This document shows, piece by piece, positions 8,940 to 20,480 of a stretch of DNA of 64,000 nt (position 1 is its first letter; each line of letters starts with the position of its first letter). A program made the translations under genes and the position numbers. The notes beneath the pieces were generated by a model that saw nothing but the letters and a program-made list of their open reading frames with translations, ran no database searches and was not told the origin of the DNA. This DNA comes from Nannocystis pusilla (GTDB taxonomy: Bacteria > Myxococcota_A > Polyangia > Nannocystales > Nannocystaceae): assembly GCF_020073745.1 (NCBI RefSeq), contig NZ_JAIRAU010000002.1, positions 145,694 through 209,693 on the forward strand, given 5' to 3'.

Positions 8940-10592
8940 CTAGATCGAGCCGTCATCGCCGCATGTGTCGTCCGGGCCCCACCAGACGGAGACCTCGACG
9001 CACAGCGCCGGGAGGTCGTGCGCCAGCGTCTCGGCGCTGAGCGGGTTGAGACTGAGGTCGATCCAGGCCCCGGGGGCGAGCCAGGGCGCGCCGCGCAGCG
9101 GCTCGACGCTCGTGATCGCGTTGTCGACGAGGCTGACGCTGGTCAGCGACTGGTAGGCCTGGAGCGGCGCGAGGTCGGCGATCGCGTTGCTGCTCAGTTC
9201 CAGCCTCTCCACCCGGCCCGGCGCGAGGACCGGCAGCTCGGTCAGCCCGGCCCCGTTCAGGAACACCCAGGTCAGGGCCGGATGCGCCGTGAACGCGTCG
9301 AGGCCCAGCTGCAGGGGGTTGTCGGAGAGGTCGAGGTACTCGAGCTTCAGCGCCGTGCCCAGCGGGCTCGCGTCGACGATCGCGTTGCCCGGCAGGATGA
9401 GGGAAGCGAGCGCCGGGTGCCCGGCGAGCGGCTGGAGGTCGACGATCGCGTTGCCGTCCGCCGTGAGCCGTACGAGCGCGCTCAGCCCCGCCAGTGGTTC
9501 GAGGTCGACGATCGCGTTGCCCTCGACGTACAGGTCCGTCAGCTGGCCCAGGCCCGCCAGCGGCCCGAGGTCGACGATGGCGTTGTCGACTGCGCCCAGG
9601 ATCTGCAGCGCGTCCTTGCCGCTCAGCGGCCCGAGGTCGACGATCGCGTTGCGGTCCATGATCAGATGCTGCAGCGCGCTCATGCTCGCCAGCGCCCCGA
9701 TGTCGGTGATCTGGTTGTCGGACAGCGCGAGGAACACGAGCTTGGTCAACGGTGCGAGCGGCGAGATGTCGGTGAGCCCGTTCGCCCGCACATCGAGCTC
9801 CTCCAACTGCACGAGCTGGCCCACGCTCGAGAAGGCCGCCAGGGGTATCGCGTGCGCCGTCAGGCTCCGCAGCGGCGAACCCACCAGCGGCTCGAACGAC
9901 GCGATCGGATGGTCGCTCACGAACAAATATTCGAGCCGGGGCAGCTGCGCCAGCGGGCCGAGGTCGCTGACCTGGCCCTTGTGCAAGACGAGCTGGCGGA
10001 GCTCGGGCAAGCCTGCGAGCGGGGCCAGATCGCTCAACGGCGCGTTGAACACGGAGAGCCAGGTGAGCTGCTGCAGGGCCGCGACCGGGCCGAGATCGAT
10101 GAGCACGCCCTGGCCGTCGCCGAAGAGCGAGAGCTCCTGGAGCTGCGTGAGGCACTCGATCCCGGCCAGCGTCTGCAACGGGCCGGTGTGCGCCAGCTTG
10201 AGCAGCGACGCGGCCTGCCCGGCGGAGAGCGGGCCGCCCTTGAGGCCGAGGTGATGGAAGATGCTCGCCGCCAGGCCCGGGTCCTCGATCACGAACTCGC
10301 CGCACACCGTGTTCGCCGGGTCGCCCGGCTCGGCGCCGCCCGTGGAGTCGTCGTGGGGCAAGCCCGTCTCGCTCGAGTCGGGCGATGCGTCGCTCGTCGC
10401 CGGCGACGGCTCGCCGGAGGTCGGCGCGCCGCTCGTGTCGTCGTGCTCGCTCGTCGCCGGCGCGCCGCTCGCGTCATCGTGCCGGTCGCCGTCGACGTCG
10501 CCGAGCGGCCGCGGCGTGCAGCTGCAACACGCCGTGACGATCGCCAGCCCCACCACCGACCCCCCGCCCCGCATGCTCCGAGTGTTCGCCAC
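8940..10592 (-). CDS. leucine-rich repeat (LRR) lipoprotein
   Basis: Signal with IVTAC lipobox, acidic linker, then ~15 tandem ~22-aa LRR units (L..L.L..N.I.D..PL..L). 550 aa. Confidence 0.7.
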   Translation of the reverse strand: MANTRSMRGGGSVVGLAIVTACCSCTPRPLGDVDGDRHDDASGAPATSEHDDTSGAPTSGEPSPATSDASPDSSETGLPHDDSTGGAEPGDPANTVCGEFVIEDPGLAASIFHHLGLKGGPLSAGQAASLLKLAHTGPLQTLAGIECLTQLQELSLFGDGQGVLIDLGPVAALQQLTWLSVFNAPLSDLAPLAGLPELRQLVLHKGQVSDLGPLAQLPRLEYLFVSDHPIASFEPLVGSPLRSLTAHAIPLAAFSSVGQLVQLEELDVRANGLTDISPLAPLTKLVFLALSDNQITDIGALASMSALQHLIMDRNAIVDLGPLSGKDALQILGAVDNAIVDLGPLAGLGQLTDLYVEGNAIVDLEPLAGLSALVRLTADGNAIVDLQPLAGHPALASLILPGNAIVDASPLGTALKLEYLDLSDNPLQLGLDAFTAHPALTWVFLNGAGLTELPVLAPGRVERLELSSNAIADLAPLQAYQSLTSVSLVDNAITSVEPLRGAPWLAPGAWIDLSLNPLSAETLAHDLPALCVEVSVWWGPDDTCGDDGSI

Positions 10593-10737
10593 GTCGGGCG
10601 GCTGTCGACCGTCGCGCGCCCGCCTGCGTGCGCGGCCCCACCATGGCCGAGCCTGCGCCGAACGGCCGGCGAACCGACGCGATGTGCGGAATCACTCCTC
10701 GCACGCGCAGCACGACCTCGGCTACCGTGTCGCGGCG

Positions 10738-11292
10738 ATGTTGCAGGTCAAGAAGTACGGCAATCGTCGGCTCTACGACACCGAGGGCAGCCGCTACGTC
10801 ACCCTCGAGGAGATCGCAGAGCGCGTCCGCATGGGCGAGGACCTCAAGGTCGTCGACGCCAAGAGCGGGCAGGACCTCACCCAGGTCACGCTCGCGCAGA
10901 TCATCCTCGAGAGCCGCGGGGCCGCCCGGCTGTTGCCGGTGTCCCTGCTCAAGCAGCTGGTGCGCATGCGGGACGACGCGCTCGCCGAATTCTTCGGCCG
11001 CTACGTCGCCTGGGCCCTCGAGGTGTACCTGCAGCTCAAGGGCAACGCGCGGGCGGTGGTCCCGTGGAACCCGCTCGCCGACCTGGCGATGCCGGGGATC
11101 CTCAAGCGCTGGTGCGGCGGCAGCGCGCCTGTGGCCGGTGAGCCTGCCCCCCCGCCGTTCCCCGACGAGCCGCCCGCCGAGGGCCCCGACATGTCCGACG
11201 AGCTCGCCGCGCTGCGCCGCGAGCTCGCCGAGCTGCGTCGCACCGTCGAGGACAGCCGGCCCGCCCGCAAGGGCAGGCGGCCCGCCTCGTGA
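10738..11292 (+). CDS. phaR: polyhydroxyalkanoate synthesis repressor PhaR
   Basis: N-terminus MLQVKKYGNRRLYDT is the hallmark PhaR DNA-binding motif. 184 aa. Confidence 0.8.
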   Translation: MLQVKKYGNRRLYDTEGSRYVTLEEIAERVRMGEDLKVVDAKSGQDLTQVTLAQIILESRGAARLLPVSLLKQLVRMRDDALAEFFGRYVAWALEVYLQLKGNARAVVPWNPLADLAMPGILKRWCGGSAPVAGEPAPPPFPDEPPAEGPDMSDELAALRRELAELRRTVEDSRPARKGRRPAS

Positions 11293-11427
11293 GCTTTTGT
11301 GCGCTGCACAATTCGCGGCCCGATTTTGCCCTCGGCAGCGTCCGGCGAGGCCGTCAGGCCCGAGGTCACCTTTTCGCACGTGCAGCAAGGCCCGGCCTTC
11401 GGGTAGCCTCGTCGACGGAGGATCCAC

Positions 11428-12952
<1,525 letters not shown>

Positions 12953-12963
12953 GACTCTTCGAC

Positions 12964-13362
12964 ATGTCCAAAGAGACAGCACCGCAAAACCTCACCGCCC
13001 GCATCCTCCGGCTGGTCGGCTACCTCACCGACCCCAGGAGCGGGCCCGGCAAGCTGTGGATGCGCTTCGAGGGCGCCTCGACCGGTGTCATGACCCGCCT
13101 GGCCACCAGCCCGCGCTACCTGCGGTTCGCCGGCCGCGGGCTCAAGAAGATGTTCCACCTCCACCGCGACCTGGTCGACCTCACCGAGGAGGTCCTGCAC
13201 TTCTGGCGCGTGCCGACCCTCGGCGACCTCGAGGAGGTGCGCGCGCAGCTGCGCCGCGCCGAGGACCGGCTCGAGATCACCACCACGCAGCTGGAGCTCG
13301 CGCTCGAGCTGCTCGAGAAGGTGCAGGCCGAGCTGGCGCGCTCGCTGCGGGGGGCCGCGTGA
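12964..13362 (+). CDS. small coiled-coil PHA synthase partner subunit (PhaE / class-IV PhaR-like) or phasin
   Basis: 132 aa, strongly coiled-coil C-terminus (LEITTTQLELALELLEKVQAELAR). Sits immediately upstream of, and translationally coupled to, phaC (GTGA overlap). ATG lies inside a GACATGTCC palindrome. Confidence 0.5.
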   Translation: MSKETAPQNLTARILRLVGYLTDPRSGPGKLWMRFEGASTGVMTRLATSPRYLRFAGRGLKKMFHLHRDLVDLTEEVLHFWRVPTLGDLEEVRAQLRRAEDRLEITTTQLELALELLEKVQAELARSLRGAA

Positions 13363-14516
13363 GCGCCGGCGACGGCGGGCCGTTCGCGCGGGTCAAGGGC
13401 GCGGCGCGGCGGCTGGCCGACATGGCCCAGGGGACAGCCGCGATCTCGAGCGCGTGGCAGCGGGCGCTGCGCGACCGCGCGATCAGCCCGACGCGCTACC
13501 TGGCGCCGCTGGTCAAGCGGGCCGCCGGCGTCGGCGACCCGCCGGTCAACTCGACGCCGAAGCGGGTGGTGTACGCGCGCGGCGGCATGAAGCTGGTCCG
13601 CTTCGAGCCGGCGGTCCGCCGCTTCCGCACCCCGATCCTGTTCGTCTACTCGCTGATCAACCGCTACTACATCCTCGACTTCCTGCCGGGCCGCAGCCTG
13701 ATCGAGTTCATGACGAACCAGGGCTTCGACGTGTACGCGATCGACTGGGGCACGCCCGGCCCGGTCGAGCAGGATCTGACGTGGGACGACCTGCTCGGCG
13801 GGTTCGTCGAGGCGGCCAAGCGGTGGGTCTTGAAGATCTCCGGCGCCGACGACCTGACGATGTACGGCTACTGCATGGGCGGCACCATGGCGCTCGCGGC
13901 CGCGGCCCTGTACCCGCAGGGCGTGCGCAACTTCGTCGCTCAGGCCACGCCGGTCGACTTCAAGCACGGCGGCATCTTCACCACCTGGACCGACCCCGAG
14001 TTCTTCGACGTCGACGCCATGGTCGACGCCTACGGCAACGTGCCGATCGACCTCATGGAGGCCGGCTTCTCGATGATGGCGCCGGTGCAGCGGATCTCGA
14101 AGTGGTTCGAGGTGTTCCGCCGCCTCGAAGACCGCGAGTTCGTCACCAACTTCCTGGCGATGGAGCACTGGGCGGCCGACAACGTGCCGTTCCCCGGCGA
14201 GGTGTACCGGCAGTACATCAAGGACTGCTACCAGGAGAACAACTTCTTCGAGGGCCGCATGGTCGTCGGCCGCCGCCGCGTCGACCTCGGCGCGATCGCC
14301 TGCCCGCTGCTCGTGCTGGTCGCCGTCAACGACACCATCGCCCCGCCGGCCTCGTCCGAGGCGCTGCTCGGCGCGGTCACCAGCGCCGACAAGACACTGC
14401 TGCGCTTCCCGGTCGGGCACATCGGCCTGTCGACCTCGAGCAAGGGCCCCAAGGTCATCTGGCCGAGAGTCGCGGGCTGGCTCGGCGAGCACAGCGAGCC
14501 CTGGCCCGCGGCCTGA
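13359..14516 (+). CDS. phaC: poly(3-hydroxyalkanoate) synthase PhaC, class III/IV type
   Basis: ~385 aa alpha/beta hydrolase with a Cys-containing lipase box GYCMGG. Length and motif are typical of class III/IV PhaC. Start assigned to GTG 13359 overlapping the upstream stop; ATG 13422 is an alternative. Confidence 0.75.
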   Translation: MSAGDGGPFARVKGAARRLADMAQGTAAISSAWQRALRDRAISPTRYLAPLVKRAAGVGDPPVNSTPKRVVYARGGMKLVRFEPAVRRFRTPILFVYSLINRYYILDFLPGRSLIEFMTNQGFDVYAIDWGTPGPVEQDLTWDDLLGGFVEAAKRWVLKISGADDLTMYGYCMGGTMALAAAALYPQGVRNFVAQATPVDFKHGGIFTTWTDPEFFDVDAMVDAYGNVPIDLMEAGFSMMAPVQRISKWFEVFRRLEDREFVTNFLAMEHWAADNVPFPGEVYRQYIKDCYQENNFFEGRMVVGRRRVDLGAIACPLLVLVAVNDTIAPPASSEALLGAVTSADKTLLRFPVGHIGLSTSSKGPKVIWPRVAGWLGEHSEPWPAA

Positions 14517-14519
14517 ACC

Positions 14520-16022
14520 TCACTGCGCCAGCCACGTCGAGATCTGGGCGGCGGCCGTGGGGTGCCAGCCCAGCTTGAGGTGGTTGATGTCCGAAAGGAC
14601 AGCCGTGTCCGCGAGCGCGCCGATGCCGTCGGGCGCGGCGCAGCTGTCGACGAACACCACGCCGTCGCTCGGCCCGGCGATCTCGTTCGGGATCCCGGGG
14701 ATCAGCACGGTGTTGTCGTTCAGGTCGATGTCGCCGCACAGCAGGTAGGTCGAGACGGAGGCCGGGATCCCGGCGTCGATCATGTCGGCGATCACCGAGC
14801 CCTGCTCGATCGCGTAGTCGATGCCCTTGCCGCGCGCGTACACGCCCTTGTACTGGCCCTCGCCGTAGTAGGTCGACTCGCTGTCGCCGACGGGCCACTG
14901 CGTGATGCCGTTGTTGGCGATGCCGGTCAGCGGATAGACGTCGTCCCACGCCGCGAGCATCTGCAGCTGGCCGCGGTAGTTGTCGCCGGCGGCCGACTTG
15001 AAGATGCCGTACTCCGAGCGGTCCTCCCACAGGCCGAAGATCAGCAGCTCGTCGTGCGGCCCGGGCGCGTGGATCTTGCCGCCGAAGTCGGTGTAGACGC
15101 CGGCGTTGTGGGCGGTGCCGTAGCGGAAGATGTAGTCGAAGCCGAGGTTGGGCCCGCCGATCAGGATCAGCTTGCCGATGTCGTCGCGGTACTCGAGCTT
15201 GCCGCCGGTGAGGCCCGACGCGTACATGCGCGTCGACATCACGCCCTTGCTCCACCCGATCACGTCGACCTTCTCGGCGCCGGTGCGCTCGCGGATGATG
15301 TCGATCGCCCACGCGATCTGCAGCGCCCAGAACACGTTGTCGCCCTGGCTGTGCGCGTGCGAGACGGCGAACACGCGGTGGCCCGCGGCCGCCAGCTCCT
15401 GCATCAGGCCGATGTCGGGGCAGCTCGACTGGCCGCAGCCGAAATCGCCGCTCTCGCCCGGGTTGGCCCACGCGCGGTCGGCCTGGTCGTTGGCGCCGTG
15501 GGCCAGCAGCACCGTCGCCTTGGTGCCGTTGTTCCAGCCGGGCGCGTAGTAGAGCAGGAACCGGCCGCTGTGCGGCACCGGGTCGTTGCCGAAGAACTCG
15601 AGCCGCTGGCCGGTCTGGTGGGCCCGCTGGTCGAGGTCGAACCGATCTTCCTGAATGAAGAACGGATCGGGGTCGAACCACCGCTCGACGCGGACCCACC
15701 CGTTGGCGATCCCGTCCTCGAAGGTGTCCTCGAGCACGAGGCCGTGCAGGTCGTCGCCGGTGGTCCCGTCGGTCGTGCTCGTCGGCGGCGCGTCGGTCGT
15801 CGCCGTCGCGTCGGTCGTCGACGTCGGCTCGCCGGTCCCGATCGTCGGCTCGTCGCCGGTCGCCGTCGGTTCGTCCGCGGTGGTGCCCGTCGGGTCGCTC
15901 GAGTCGGTGCCCGGCGTGGCGTTCGTCGCGTCGGTAGCGACGGTCGCGTCGGTGTCGCTGCCGTCGGACGGCGTGCAGGCCAGGAGGAGGGTGAGGGCGG
16001 CGCAGGGACGGCGTGTTCGCAT
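14520..16022 (-). CDS. secreted lipase/esterase lipoprotein (alpha/beta hydrolase)
   Basis: Signal MRTRRPCAALTLLLAC (lipobox), Thr/Asp-rich linker, GWSKG nucleophile elbow. ORF-track start at 16103 is probably too far upstream. Confidence 0.6.
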   Translation of the reverse strand: MRTRRPCAALTLLLACTPSDGSDTDATVATDATNATPGTDSSDPTGTTADEPTATGDEPTIGTGEPTSTTDATATTDAPPTSTTDGTTGDDLHGLVLEDTFEDGIANGWVRVERWFDPDPFFIQEDRFDLDQRAHQTGQRLEFFGNDPVPHSGRFLLYYAPGWNNGTKATVLLAHGANDQADRAWANPGESGDFGCGQSSCPDIGLMQELAAAGHRVFAVSHAHSQGDNVFWALQIAWAIDIIRERTGAEKVDVIGWSKGVMSTRMYASGLTGGKLEYRDDIGKLILIGGPNLGFDYIFRYGTAHNAGVYTDFGGKIHAPGPHDELLIFGLWEDRSEYGIFKSAAGDNYRGQLQMLAAWDDVYPLTGIANNGITQWPVGDSESTYYGEGQYKGVYARGKGIDYAIEQGSVIADMIDAGIPASVSTYLLCGDIDLNDNTVLIPGIPNEIAGPSDGVVFVDSCAAPDGIGALADTAVLSDINHLKLGWHPTAAAQISTWLAQ

Positions 16023-16074
16023 GTGCAGCAATTTAGCCCATTCCGGACCGGCGCAGAAGTGCTCGGGCGCGGCG

Positions 16075-17146
16075 CTAGCGGCCCTGGAAGGCCTCGTCGG
16101 CAAATTTTTGCACCGCGGTAAGGAAACGCTCGGGCTGCTCGATGTGCGGGGAGTGTCCGCACTCGGCGAACACCTCCTCGTGGTAGCGCCCGCCGGCGGC
16201 CGCGTAGTCGTCGAGGACCGCGCGCATCTGGCCGACCATGGGCTGCGGCGGCGCGACGTCGTCGCCGGGCCAGCCCGGCACCGCGCCGAGCTTGCCGAGG
16301 AAGCCGAAGTCGAACAGCGAGGTGTCGCTGACGATCTGGTCGTCGGCGCCGCGGATCCACAGCACCGGCGGCCGCGGCTCGACGCGGGCGAAGCCCGAGA
16401 GGTCGGTGTACCTGGCCGAGATCGCGTTGTTCATGCCGCGCGTGCCCGGGGCGACCCCCGGCCAGTTCGGCGACGTCCTCGTGTCGCCGGGGTAGTGGTC
16501 GTCGCCGATCCGCGTCTTCAGCATCGCCGCCACGAACGCGTCCTCGAGCGCCGGCTCGACCCGGAACGGCGGCTTGAAGTAGAACGCGTTCATGACGTTG
16601 CGCGGCGAGGTCTGATTGTCGTCGCCGCGGTCGCCGGCCCGGATCAGCCGCGCGAACTCGGGGTTGGCCGTGCCGCCGCCGGAGCCGGCGAAGTCGTCGG
16701 TGTACGGCGTGCCGCGCACCCCCTTCGAGCCGCCGAAGCCGAACGGCGACATCGGGTTCTCGAGCACGAGGCCGGCGACGTCGGCCGCGTGATCGATCGC
16801 GTACTGCATGACGACCCCGCCGCCGGCCGACCAGCCGACGAGCACGGCTGGCCGCGAGGACAGGTCGAGCGCGACCAGCAGCGCGCGTAGATCGTCGGCG
16901 AAGTCGCGCACCCCGCGGGTCGCGTCGATCGGCGCCGGCTCGCTGTCGCCGAAGCCGCGCATGTCGGGGGCGATCACGTGGAAGCGCCCGGCGAGCGACG
17001 CCATCAGCGGCTCGAAGAAGGCGCCGGTCGACACGTTGCCGTGGACCAGCACGACGAGCGGCGCCCCGGCCGGGCCGGCGATGCGGGTGTGGACGCGGAG
17101 GCGCGAGGTGGGGACGAGCTGCTGGACGATCGGCATGAGGACACCA
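16075..17146 (-). CDS. alpha/beta hydrolase
   Basis: HGNVSTG oxyanion-region motif and GWSAGG nucleophile elbow. Start MPIVQQL at 17146 chosen; the upstream 128 aa of the ORF look Arg-rich and non-genic. Confidence 0.6.
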
Positions 17147-17352
17147 TCGAGGGTCGCAAAAGGGGTCGCGCTTGTCGATGTGAGCCATGTGCGCGGATCC
17201 GCGCCGGTGCGTGTCATCTGGTCCAAGGGACAGACGCAACGGGCATTCCACCCGGGGTGAGGGCGGCGTCTTCCCCTGTGCTTCGGGCCGGGCCCGAGGC
17301 GAATCGGGTGGGGCCAGACCTGTCCGTCGGCCCCGGGCGAGGGGACGCCCAG

Positions 17353-17380
17353 CATGTCCGACGGGACATGTGATGTGGCG
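17353..17380. repeat. 2-unit CATGTC array in divergent intergenic region
   Basis: CATGTC 17353, CATGTG 17367. Confidence 0.5.
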
Positions 17381-17513
17381 TAAAGGACAGCTCGAAGACG
17401 ACGCGCGCCGGGCAGCGACGGGCCGCATGTCAGCGATGCGCGGCGCGGTGCTATCCTCCGCGAATGGCGTCCGTGCCTCCCCGTCCGTTCCCATCCTCGC
17501 AGGTTGACCGCGC

Positions 17514-18671
17514 ATGACCGCCGCACCGTCACCGAGCCTGTACCGCCGACCGCTCCCGGCCCAGCTGGTCGCGTTCGCGTCGCCCGCCGGGCGGGCGCTG
17601 TTCGACGCGGCGCGGGCGGCAGGGGGGATGGAGTCGTTCTTCCCGCTCATCGAGCAGTTCCACACGCAGGCCGATCCGGCGTTCTGCGGCCTCGGGACCC
17701 TGGTGGTCGCCCTCAACGCGCTCGGCGTCGATCCGGGCCGGCTGTGGAAGGGCCCGTGGCGGTGGTTCAGCGAGGAGCTGCTCGACTGCTGCACGCCGCT
17801 CGAGCGGGTGCGCGCCCAGGGCATCAGCCTCGACGAGTTCGCCTGCCTCGCGCGCTGCAACGGCGCCGGCGCCGAGGTGTTCCGGCCCGACGCGACCGAG
17901 CTGGCCGGCTTCCGGGCGACCATCCGCGCGGCGACTGGTTCGGCCGTCGATCCGGCGCTGGTCGTCAGCTACGACCGCGGCGCGCTCGGGCAGACGGGCA
18001 CGGGTCACTTCTCGCCGATCGGCGGCTACGAGCCGGCCAGCGACCACGTGCTCGTGCTCGACGTGGCGCGCTTCAAGTACCCGCCGCACTGGATCCCGCT
18101 GCCCGCGCTGTACGCGGCGATGCAGCCGCACGACCCGGTCACGGGGCGCCCGCGCGGCTGGGTGAGCCTGCGCCGCAGCCCGCGTCCGGCGAGCCTGCTG
18201 TTCACGGCGCGGTGCGTCGGCGAGGGCGGCTACGAGGCGTTCGCGGCGGCGCTGGAGCGGCTGCGGGCGGCGATCGCCGGCGCGCCGCGACATGACCTGA
18301 AGGCCATGTTAATCGCGGTCCTGGGGGTGCTCCCGCGGCTGCCGCTGGCGCTCGAGCGCCGGCCGCTGGCGCTCGCCGAGCACGCGCAGGCCAGCGAGGC
18401 GCTGCTGTCGGCGCTGCGCGGCACGCAGGTGTTCGCGCTGGTCGACGCCCAGCCGCCGGCCTGGCCGGCGGAGGCGGCCGCCCTGTTGTTGCTGGCGCTG
18501 CCGGTCGAGCTGTGGTCGCCGCTGGGCGAGGCGGCCCGCGGCGAGTGGCTGGAGCTGCTCGACCCGGCGCGCCTGCCCGAGGTCGTGCGCGACGAGGCCG
18601 AGCACCTGCGACGCCAGCTCGCCGACCTCGGCGCGCTCGGGCGCGGCGCGGCCTGCGAGCGCTGCGGTTGA
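17514..18671 (+). CDS. phytochelatin synthase-like protein (glutathione gamma-glutamylcysteinyltransferase family, papain-like)
   Basis: FHTQADPAFCGLGTLVVALNAL matches the PCS catalytic-Cys region (QTEPAFCGL). His/Asp-containing downstream block present. 385 aa. Confidence 0.65.
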   Translation: MTAAPSPSLYRRPLPAQLVAFASPAGRALFDAARAAGGMESFFPLIEQFHTQADPAFCGLGTLVVALNALGVDPGRLWKGPWRWFSEELLDCCTPLERVRAQGISLDEFACLARCNGAGAEVFRPDATELAGFRATIRAATGSAVDPALVVSYDRGALGQTGTGHFSPIGGYEPASDHVLVLDVARFKYPPHWIPLPALYAAMQPHDPVTGRPRGWVSLRRSPRPASLLFTARCVGEGGYEAFAAALERLRAAIAGAPRHDLKAMLIAVLGVLPRLPLALERRPLALAEHAQASEALLSALRGTQVFALVDAQPPAWPAEAAALLLLALPVELWSPLGEAARGEWLELLDPARLPEVVRDEAEHLRRQLADLGALGRGAACERCG

Positions 18672-19053
18672 GCTGCGGCGAGGGGGATGTTCGAAGGGAC
18701 ATCCGACATGGCGAATCGGACAGGTGCGAGCGTTGCCCCTCACGCGACGCCGAGCGCCCGGCACAGCGCCGAGAGCGAGGCCCTCGTCTGGCGACTCCGG
18801 CTACCGCCTCCGCGCCGAGCAGAACGACTTCGAGCGCTTCCTCGCCATGGTCTTCGGCTTCGAGCTCGAGATCGTCGACATGCGGGCGATCTTCAAGCTG
18901 GCGCAGGACAAGGGGGCAGGGCACGCGGCGCTCGCCGCGGACCCACCTCGCCGCGGTGACGCTGAAGGACGTCCGCCGGCTGCGCCGGCTCCTCGCCGAC
19001 GAGCCGAGCTCGGACGTTTCGTTCCGCGGCGCGTTTGCTAGAGTGGCGCCCGC

Positions 19054-20028
19054 ATGCGTGCCGTCCGCTGTCATGAATTCGCCGGTCCCTCGGGCCTCTG
19101 CGTCGACGAATTGCCGGAGCCGGAGGCGGGCCCCGGCGAGGTGCTCGTCGACGTCCGCGCCGCGGGCGTCAACTTCCCCGACGTGCTGCTCTCGTACGGC
19201 AAGTACCAGTTCAAGCCGCCGCCGCCGTTCGTGCCCGGGCTCGAGGCCGCCGGCGTGATCAAGGCCGTCGGCGCCGGGGTGAGCGCCGTCGCCGTCGGCG
19301 ATCGCGTCGCCGCGACGATGGTCCACGGCGCCTTCGCCGAGCGAATCGTCATGCCCGAGAGCGCCGTCGTGAAGCTGCCCGACGCCGTCGGCTTCGAGGT
19401 CGCCGCCGCCACGCTGCTGACCTACGGCACGACGATGCACGCGCTCGTCGACCGCGCCGACCTGAAGGCCGGCGAGACCCTGCTCGTGCTCGGCGCCGCC
19501 GGCGGGGTCGGCATCGCCGCGGTCGAGATCGGCAAGCTCCTCGGCGCGCGCGTGATCGCGGCCGCCGCGAGCGACGACAAGCTGGCCTTTACCCGCGAGC
19601 ACGGCGCCGACGAGGGCATTCAGTACACCCGCGAGGACCTCAAGGAGCGCTGCAAGCAGCTCACGCGCGGCGAGGGCGTCGACGTCGTCTACGATCCGGT
19701 CGGCGGCCCGTTCGCCGAGCCGGCGCTGCGATCGATCGCCTGGGAAGGGCGCTACCTCGTCGTCGGCTTCGCGGCCGGCGAGATCCCGAAGATCCCGCTC
19801 AACCTCGTGCTGCTCAAGGGCTGCCAGATCGTCGGCGTGTTCTGGGGCTCGTTCGCCGCGCGCGAGCCGGCCAGGAGCCGCGCCAACGCCGAGCGGATCC
19901 TCGCCGCCGTCGCCGCGGGCCAGCTGCGGCCGCACGTCGACGAGGCGCTGCCGTTCGCCCGCGCAAGCGAGGCGCTCGCGCGGCTCGAGCGACGCGAGGT
20001 GCGCGGCAAGATCGTCCTCGTGCCGTGA
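19054..20028 (+). CDS. NADPH:quinone oxidoreductase / zinc-type alcohol dehydrogenase family (MDR)
   Basis: N-terminal GroES-like fold (GEVLVDVRAAGVNFPDV) and Rossmann GAAGGVG motif. 324 aa. Confidence 0.75.
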   Translation: MRAVRCHEFAGPSGLCVDELPEPEAGPGEVLVDVRAAGVNFPDVLLSYGKYQFKPPPPFVPGLEAAGVIKAVGAGVSAVAVGDRVAATMVHGAFAERIVMPESAVVKLPDAVGFEVAAATLLTYGTTMHALVDRADLKAGETLLVLGAAGGVGIAAVEIGKLLGARVIAAAASDDKLAFTREHGADEGIQYTREDLKERCKQLTRGEGVDVVYDPVGGPFAEPALRSIAWEGRYLVVGFAAGEIPKIPLNLVLLKGCQIVGVFWGSFAAREPARSRANAERILAAVAAGQLRPHVDEALPFARASEALARLERREVRGKIVLVP

Positions 20029-20088
20029 CCGTCCGGACACGCGCGCTCGATCTGCGCGAGACCAGGCGAGGGCAGTACAAGGCGCGCC

Positions 20089-20319
20089 ATGCCTTCGGCC
20101 CTCCCGCAAGACTTCGATCTGGACGCCATCGAGCGGCACTTCTGCGTCGAGGCGCTCGAGCTCGCCGGCAACATCGTCGACGCCGCCCACCGCCTCGGCA
20201 TCACGCGGCAGGCGATGAAGCGCCGGATCAAGAAGCACCGTATCGCCTGGCCCAGGCCCGCCCGCGTGGGCCCGCGCGTCGCGACCACGGCCGATGTGTT
20301 CGCGGTTCCTGCCGCATGA
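20089..20319 (+). CDS. small Fis-family helix-turn-helix DNA-binding protein
   Basis: 76 aa. C-terminal AAHRLGITRQAMKRRIKKH resembles the Fis/NtrC HTH_8 motif. Confidence 0.4.
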   Translation: MPSALPQDFDLDAIERHFCVEALELAGNIVDAAHRLGITRQAMKRRIKKHRIAWPRPARVGPRVATTADVFAVPAA

Positions 20320-20480
20320 GCGGACTCCTGTTCGACCCGAGGTCTGGATCGTGCCGCCCCGCGCCGACGGCGGGTGTCGATGCCTGCGTGCATCGTCGGT
20401 CCGGCGACCGCGTCGCCGCGCTCGCATCGCCGGAGCGCGATCGAGCCCCACGCCCGACACCCTCACGCTATCGTCGGCCG

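Noticed and set aside
18724-19041. 105-aa ORF upstream of quinone oxidoreductase (contains NDFERFLAMVFGFELEIVDMRAIFKLAQDKG)
   Set aside because: No RBS, no homology signal recognisable by eye, and it lies in a region with CATGTC/GGATGT repeats. Left uncalled; it could be a small protein or leader peptide.
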